Part shown: positions 57,104-64,000 of the stretch, piece after piece
Numbering within the stretch: position 1 is the first letter of the stretch
Layout: each line of letters opens with the position of its first letter
Assembly (NCBI RefSeq): GCF_009914755.1
Contig: NC_060928.1
Length of the DNA: 64,000 nucleotides
From: the human T2T-CHM13v2.0 reference genome, Homo sapiens
Direction: 5' to 3' (one strand)
Program-made: the position numbers and the translations under genes
Notes under the pieces: generated by a model
Databases searched by the model: none
The model's input: only the letters and a program-made list of their open reading frames with translations
Told to the model about the DNA's origin: nothing

Positions 57104-59510
57104 AAACTGTTCTCAAATTTTCATCTTCCCTGCTTTTAAAACAGTTTGGTATTACAAAGCTAAGATTGAATTTTTAAGCAGATATGGATATTCTTTTGAA
57201 ACTTTTTCACAAAATAGCTTGTGGGGAGTCCATTTGCCCTTATTTACAGTATCAGCTTATCTTACCCCTTGGGAGAGATGTTAGGGGATCTTGCAATTAT
57301 TAATAGGCAAAGCTTTATTTGTTTTTTGATATCTGAGTCTTTAAACATTTGCCCAAATATTTGAATGATTAAGTTTCCCCTGGGTAAACCACTTTTATAT
57401 TTTCCTCTGCTGAGAGACAAAAGGTGGTCCTGTGACACCCTGAAAAGTGAACAACTTTGGGATAAGATCTGAGTCTCCCTCATCTGAAGAGAAGGTGGCA
57501 CTGGTTTTGCTTGGAATCACCCCACAAGTGATGCCTCAGAGGGATCTCTTCAAAGAAGATGGGTTTTTAGAAGCTTAGGAATACTCTTCATTCCAATGCC
57601 CATTCATAGAGAGCCCGATCAACTCAGAAATATGTGTGCCTAGTAAATGTCAATATTTAGTTGTTTTCTGAGATGTCCCTTAACAAAGTTTGTTGCTTTC
57701 GTCTTTTTATGTAAGTGTATTTTTTCCTTGCAAAAGGATAGAAATTTTTTCAAGAAAAATAAAAGGGAGAATTATCGTACGGAAAAGGACGTTAACTTCG
57801 TCTCCTATGTAGCTGCCAAATAGCTGAAAGCTTGAAGCAGCATCAGACATCTCCCTTTTGACAATTGCTCTCCCTCTATTCACAGTCGCTGAACCTCAGG
57901 ACACCTCCCTCCCCCCCATCCCATTAATGTCAAACTCCCTGAGGTTTGCCACTAAAGTGCACGACTCAGCGTTTGCAATTTACATGTGTGACATCACATC
58001 CTCTATTATGTAACTTCAGATACAAAGCCTAATATCATCTAAGTTTGTGTTGGAAAAAAATCCTCCCTAGCTCTCTATTTCAGCTTTAGCAGAACCACCC
58101 CTTAGTTCTCTGCTCCGAATCCATTCCTTCAACAGCTGACACTGAGGGGTGGGGGGAAAGCCATGGAGTTAAGCTGTAAAATTATAAGCCAAAAAAAAAA
58201 AATTGAACATGTATATGTTGAAATGTATTATGTACTTCTCCATTATCTATTTACTGACAAGAAAGTAAAGACCAATAGGTATCATATAATTTAATCATAT
58301 TCAATAATTTTTAAAAGTTAAAGGCTAAGCATTTGGTCCTAGTTAACTTCATTAATAAGCCTAGCCATGCTGGCATTTTTTTTTATTTCTTTCTAAAAAG
58401 CTGGGATTTTTTTTTTTTTCAGTCTCTTACCAGCTGTTGGAAAGAGTTGAGAAAGACAGGGAGAGTCAGAAAGAGAAAGGAGGGGGGTGTTGGAGAGAGA
58501 AGATGAATAGAGGAATAATATAAGATAAAACTTCTTCTTTGTTTATTGCAAAGCACACATGTTACAGTTTATAAACACTGCAAGTAAATAAGAAATTGTA
58601 GACCAGAAGATAAATACAAAACATATCAGGGTTTTTGTTAATATCCAAAATAGCCCAAACTCAATTTTCTAGACTACTTGGAATATTTGTATTAGCTTTG
58701 GTTATTCATTAATTTCTGTATTTGTTTACCTTATTATTTATTCATCTGGCTACCTTAATTCCATCTGTAGTCATTTTAAATAGAAAATATGCAAACTTAA
58801 TACATTTTTATGGCCAGATTTTGAGATGACAGAGCACCAAACAGCACATGCATCACAATTAGTATGCCATATTATTAGAAGCAAATCAGATTTCACCGTG
58901 CCTACACTGATGTTCTAAATTTAGAAATAATGTACAGTAGTTGAAAAAGGGGAGGAACTTAGAGCAGTATATTTTAATAAAAATAAAGACATTTTCAATT
59001 TCTCCTCTTTTTTTCATATATTCTTGGTTTAGTACAAGAAATTCATCACCTTTAAATAACTGTGCTAATCTTACATAAATAATTGCATGATTTGTGTGCT
59101 CATTAAAATTATGCCTTGAAGCTGTTTCTGCAATATTATGTACAGTAACAACCGCAAAAAAAGTGAGACAATCCAATGGGTCAGGTGTGGGAAATGTAAG
59201 TCTCTGTTGAACTTGATGAAACACTCATTTAGAATTTCTCATTAGGACTTCACAGGAGCAGTTAGCTTTTCAGTAGTTGGCACTATATTTTTAGCAACAT
59301 TTTAACAGCTGTCAGTAGCAACTAAGACAACATCTTTGTCAACACTATTTTTTAAACTCTAGCAAAGATGATTGCAAAAAAATGCTTCAGGATTTAATCT
59401 TTAGCCATAAAAAAAGTTAGTGTGATATAAAATGTTATTAATGCATTGCGGCAGGCAATAAGGTATCCACATAAAACGAGTCCACTTGAATTTTTATATT
59501 TTAATTTTCT

Positions 59511-59730
59511 CAACCCGGGCAACATAGCAAGACCCTGTCTCTAAAAAATAGTTTAAAAAATTAGTTGAGTGTGGTGACATGCACCTATAGTCCCAGCTAC
59601 TTGGGCAGTTGAGGCAGGAGGATAGATTGAGCCTAGGAGGTTGAGGCTGCAGTAAGCCATAATCGCACCACCGTACTCCAGCCTGGGCAACACAGTAAGA
59701 CCCTGTCTCAAAAACAAAACAAAACAAAAA
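59511..59730 (+). mobile_element. 5'-truncated AluJ with a 10-bp TSD
   Basis: Begins at caacccgggcaacatagcaagacc and has an (AAAAC)n tail. TTAATTTTCT occurs at 59501-59510 and 59731-59740. Confidence 0.92.
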
Positions 59731-60711
59731 TTAATTTTCTGATGCCTAAGTATACATAAGAAAGATAATTTAAAAAGATAATTCTTAAAATGTGTGTTCA
59801 GTGTCAGAAACAGACACTATAATTCTAGGTTAAGAATAGCCATGTAGATAGCCAAAGTGAATAAAACCTTCTCCCTAACATTAGAGTTAATAGAGGGAGG
59901 TTATCACATGTCAGATATATGACACTGGAAGCAGCAAACAAAAAATGTAAGAAGCTTCATGACAGATGTCATCTTTATTCCTAAAGATAGAGGTAAATTT
60001 GCTATGGGTAATGCATTACAAAACAAACTAAAACTAAATATCTGCAAGTGTCAAATTTCCCTTTCACCTATAGTCTTCCCAAATCGAGTGATTTTTGTTA
60101 CATGAGAAGTAGGGGTAATGGTATAATATTAGAGAAGCCTACTGAATCCTCTTATTCATAGGTCATCTGCTCATTTCGAAGACCTAATCCAACTTTTGAG
60201 TTTGTCCCAAGTAAGGCAGCTGAGTATTTCCTACTTCATCTAACTGGCACAGTGGAGAGTTTATGCATTCTTATATCAAATGATATTTTTATTATATTGC
60301 ATTTGTGTTCTCTAATCCTTTTGGGGTTGCTAATCTATTAGCTCTTTCAATATGAAGCATTTTTTAATTGCTTCTTGGGATTTTTTTTTTCAAAAGACAT
60401 GTACAGTTTTAGTAAAAGTCAAGGTTAGCTATCCCTTCCTCTAACCAGGTGCAAATCTTTCAATGCTGATAGTTTTTCACAGAGTACTATATAGTTTTAT
60501 TAATATGTACATTTTGACATTGAATATCCATGTTTAAAATGTTTAAATGTTTAAAATGAACACTTTCTATATGGAAGGTATATGACATGTCAATTCTTAA
60601 ATATTTAAACTATAAGCTATTTTGAAGTAGTTAGTGCTAGTTATAACTAGACCTTAATATTTTATCAAAACAAGTAGACATGTTTAGAAATAAACCTAGT
60701 TTAGTACTTTA

Positions 60712-61293
<582 letters not shown>

Positions 61294-61844
61294 CTAAGAA
61301 AATTATTTTTATAACATCATTTCAACATGATCAGTTGTATACTATTACCTTTTCATTTATAAATTATGTTGTTTTTATTTTGAATTTGAGTACCACTGAA
61401 CGGATGTTTTGTCTGAAATATAATTAACAGTTTTCTAATTACCTTTATTTGTAAACAAAATTATTGTTATAATTCAGTAACAACTACCAAGGAACAAAAT
61501 GCAATATCATATATACATATCTTTTTATCTACTATGTTATTTCCATGACATCACAAGACCAGTACTAGAAGGCAGGTAATGGTACCTTAACAAACAAACA
61601 AGCAATAGACCCGAGAAGTAAATCAAGGTAATCACAGCAAGTATACTCATGAAGAAACTCAACCAAACACTAAGTTTTGCAGAGAATTCAAAAAGCCCAA
61701 GGTGCGAGAAAGGGTCCTAAGTCTAGGTCTTCTTAATAAAAAGTCTAAGCAGAAATTTTCAGCCTAGAGATGTGTTTTACACAGGTTCTTTTCACAGGAC
61801 AAGCAAATCAAGCAGTACAGTAGAGTCAGATTGAATGGCTTTGA

Positions 61845-62223
<379 letters not shown>

Positions 62224-62475
62224 ATGTATTGACTATTGATACTACAATGGGATAAGTACTTACCACAGTACATGTATCTGGTTATTGCACTCAAAAAATC
62301 TTACCTGTCTACCCTTGAAAGTTTGTTACAGAAAACCAAGACCGTATTTCTCTGGGAAATACTTCTTTGGGAGATTGAAGATCACACTGCCAATTCAAAG
62401 GGTTTTTGAGGTCCCTTGAGAATCAAAGCCTGAGCTTGGGTCCTCAAGCACTTCACACATCTAAGAATCAAGAAC

Positions 62476-62663
62476 AATGATTCTCCAATTTTAGCATGCA
62501 TCAGAGTCTCCTGGAGAACATGGTAAAAGAGCATGCTGGGCCTCACCCCCTAGAGTATCCCGTTCAGTAGGTCTTGGGTGGAGTCTAAGAATTTGCATTT
62601 CTAACAAGTTCCCAGGTTGATGTGGATGGGGCTGGTCTGGGGACTACACTTTGAGAACCATTG
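62476..62663. mobile_element. MER5A MITE, near full length
   Basis: caatgattctcc...gcatcagagtctcctggag...aagaatttgcatttctaacaagttcccagg...ggactacactttgagaaccattg, with TIR-like ends. Confidence 0.9.
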
Positions 62664-63083
62664 CCCTAGAGTATAGCAAACAAAATAATTGCCCTTAAGT
62701 TGCTCGTTTGCAGAGTTTAAGTTATCACTGGCACCTTCTGCTGGGAGTCAGGGAGAAGCAGGAGTTAATAGAAGAAAGCAAGTGTCTTGTAGTGAAAAAA
62801 AAAAGCGGGGGGCTTTCACAGTCACATAATCATTGGCATAAGGGGACTGGCTAGCTGAACTCGAAGTTGAGGACTTCCCTCTCTCTTTCTTTACACAGCC
62901 CTCAGACTATATGTTGATTTTTTTAAATGACTCCTTGATTCTTTCCCCGAATCAGTATTTGGGAAGTACTTTACCATTTTCAGCCTCTTAAAGTACCTAT
63001 TATTTTATTATATTTTAAGGCACTAATTAACTTTGAATTATTTGGAGAAGTTGAGAACTGATGAACTTCATTCCTTCAGTTAC

Positions 63084-63250
63084 GTTTTTTTTTTTTTTTT
63101 TTTTACAAAAAAAAGTAGGTTTTTTCTTTTGTAGGGACAGGGATCTTGCTATGTTGACCAGGCTGGTCTAAAACTCCTGGGCTCAAGCAATCCTGCTGCC
63201 TTGCCCTCCCAAAATGCTGGAATTCCAGGCATGAGCCACCACATCCTGTC
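63084..63250 (-). mobile_element. FLAM / Alu monomer
   Basis: gggacagggatcttgctatgttgaccaggctggtc...ctcctgggctcaagcaatcc...ggcatgagccacc. Confidence 0.85.
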
Positions 63251-63479
63251 AGCTCAATTACCTTTCCGGACAGTTCACTGTGGTCAAGTTCAGATCACTT
63301 TTCTCCCTCTGTCCTGAGTATGTCATAAAGATGGGCTCATTACTCTTGAGGTAGATTTTAACTAATGCTCCTTTTTCAGTTTTCACCTTATCAAAAGGGA
63401 GGCTTAGATCAATTAGATGTGATACTCTTTTAACAAAGCCAGTGGCCATTCCTAGCTTGTTTTCTTAATTTAATAACAC

Positions 63480-63625
63480 ATTTTTAAATTGTGGTAAAAT
63501 ACACAAAACATGAAGTTTACCACCTTTACCATTTTTAGGTGTACCGTTCGGTGGTATTAAGTACATTCATATTGCTGTGCAACCATTACCACCATCCAAT
63601 TCAGAACTCCTTTCATCTTGCAAAC
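63480..63625 (-). mobile_element. L1MA/MB 3' end fragment
   Basis: ttgtggtaaaatacacaaaacatgaagtttaccacc...ggtattaagtacattcatattgctgtgcaacc. Confidence 0.8.
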
Positions 63626-64000
63626 AGAACATTCCTAGGATTTGACCAACTGTTGTGTGAGAGGATTTCCATATTTTTTCTCAGGTACCCAAGCCTCTGT
63701 TTACTTCTATAACAATTTTATCCCTTTATTAGGAAACAATGTTGACATCGTAGGATTTTACTTCTTTGAGAAGTTGAAAAATGAAATTCAATCAAGATAA
63801 ATAAAATTTGTTTTTATACAGGCAGACCTGATGAATAATCAAAGAAATTCAACAGAAATAAAATAAAGCTTCATTCCTAGTGTTTCTTAAAATCAAACTT
63901 GAAGTAAGCAGCATTTAAAAAGGAATGCCCAATATTTCGCTTGTGAGGAAAGTCGGTATTATAATTAGTAGTAATCTCTGATTGGAACATTATCCAGAGA

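Overview
This is primate, almost certainly human, genomic DNA covering the 5' part of NR3C2 (mineralocorticoid receptor, MR), transcribed on the minus strand. It contains a CpG island (~52.1-56.0 kb) with the two untranslated first exons and promoters (1-beta/P2, donor at 54622; 1-alpha/P1, donor at 52270). It also contains the 1759-nt exon 2 (46973-45215), which encodes the MR N-terminal domain (Met1 at 46971, codons 1-586), about 45 kb of intron 2, and about 8 kb of upstream DNA. The non-coding DNA is rich in Alu, L1, L2, MIR, MaLR-LTR and hAT/mariner fossils. There is no prokaryotic-type system, CRISPR array or second protein-coding gene, and the other ORFs are repeat or GC artefacts. The most notable observations are three. 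(1) A 22-nt exact copy of MR exon-2 coding sequence sits 2.2 kb away in intron 1, between 21-bp direct repeats, which looks like a templated insertion. (2) The uORF layout differs by first exon: a Kozak-context Met-Ser-stop ends 7 nt before Met1 in 1-beta mRNA, and a 43-codon overlapping uORF spans Met1 in 1-alpha mRNA, which could link promoter choice to Met1 versus Met15 initiation. (3) An exon-2 circle would keep the AUG and encode a 596-aa NTD-only protein with a unique tail. Repeat family names come from recognition by eye, and repeat boundaries and transcription starts are approximate.
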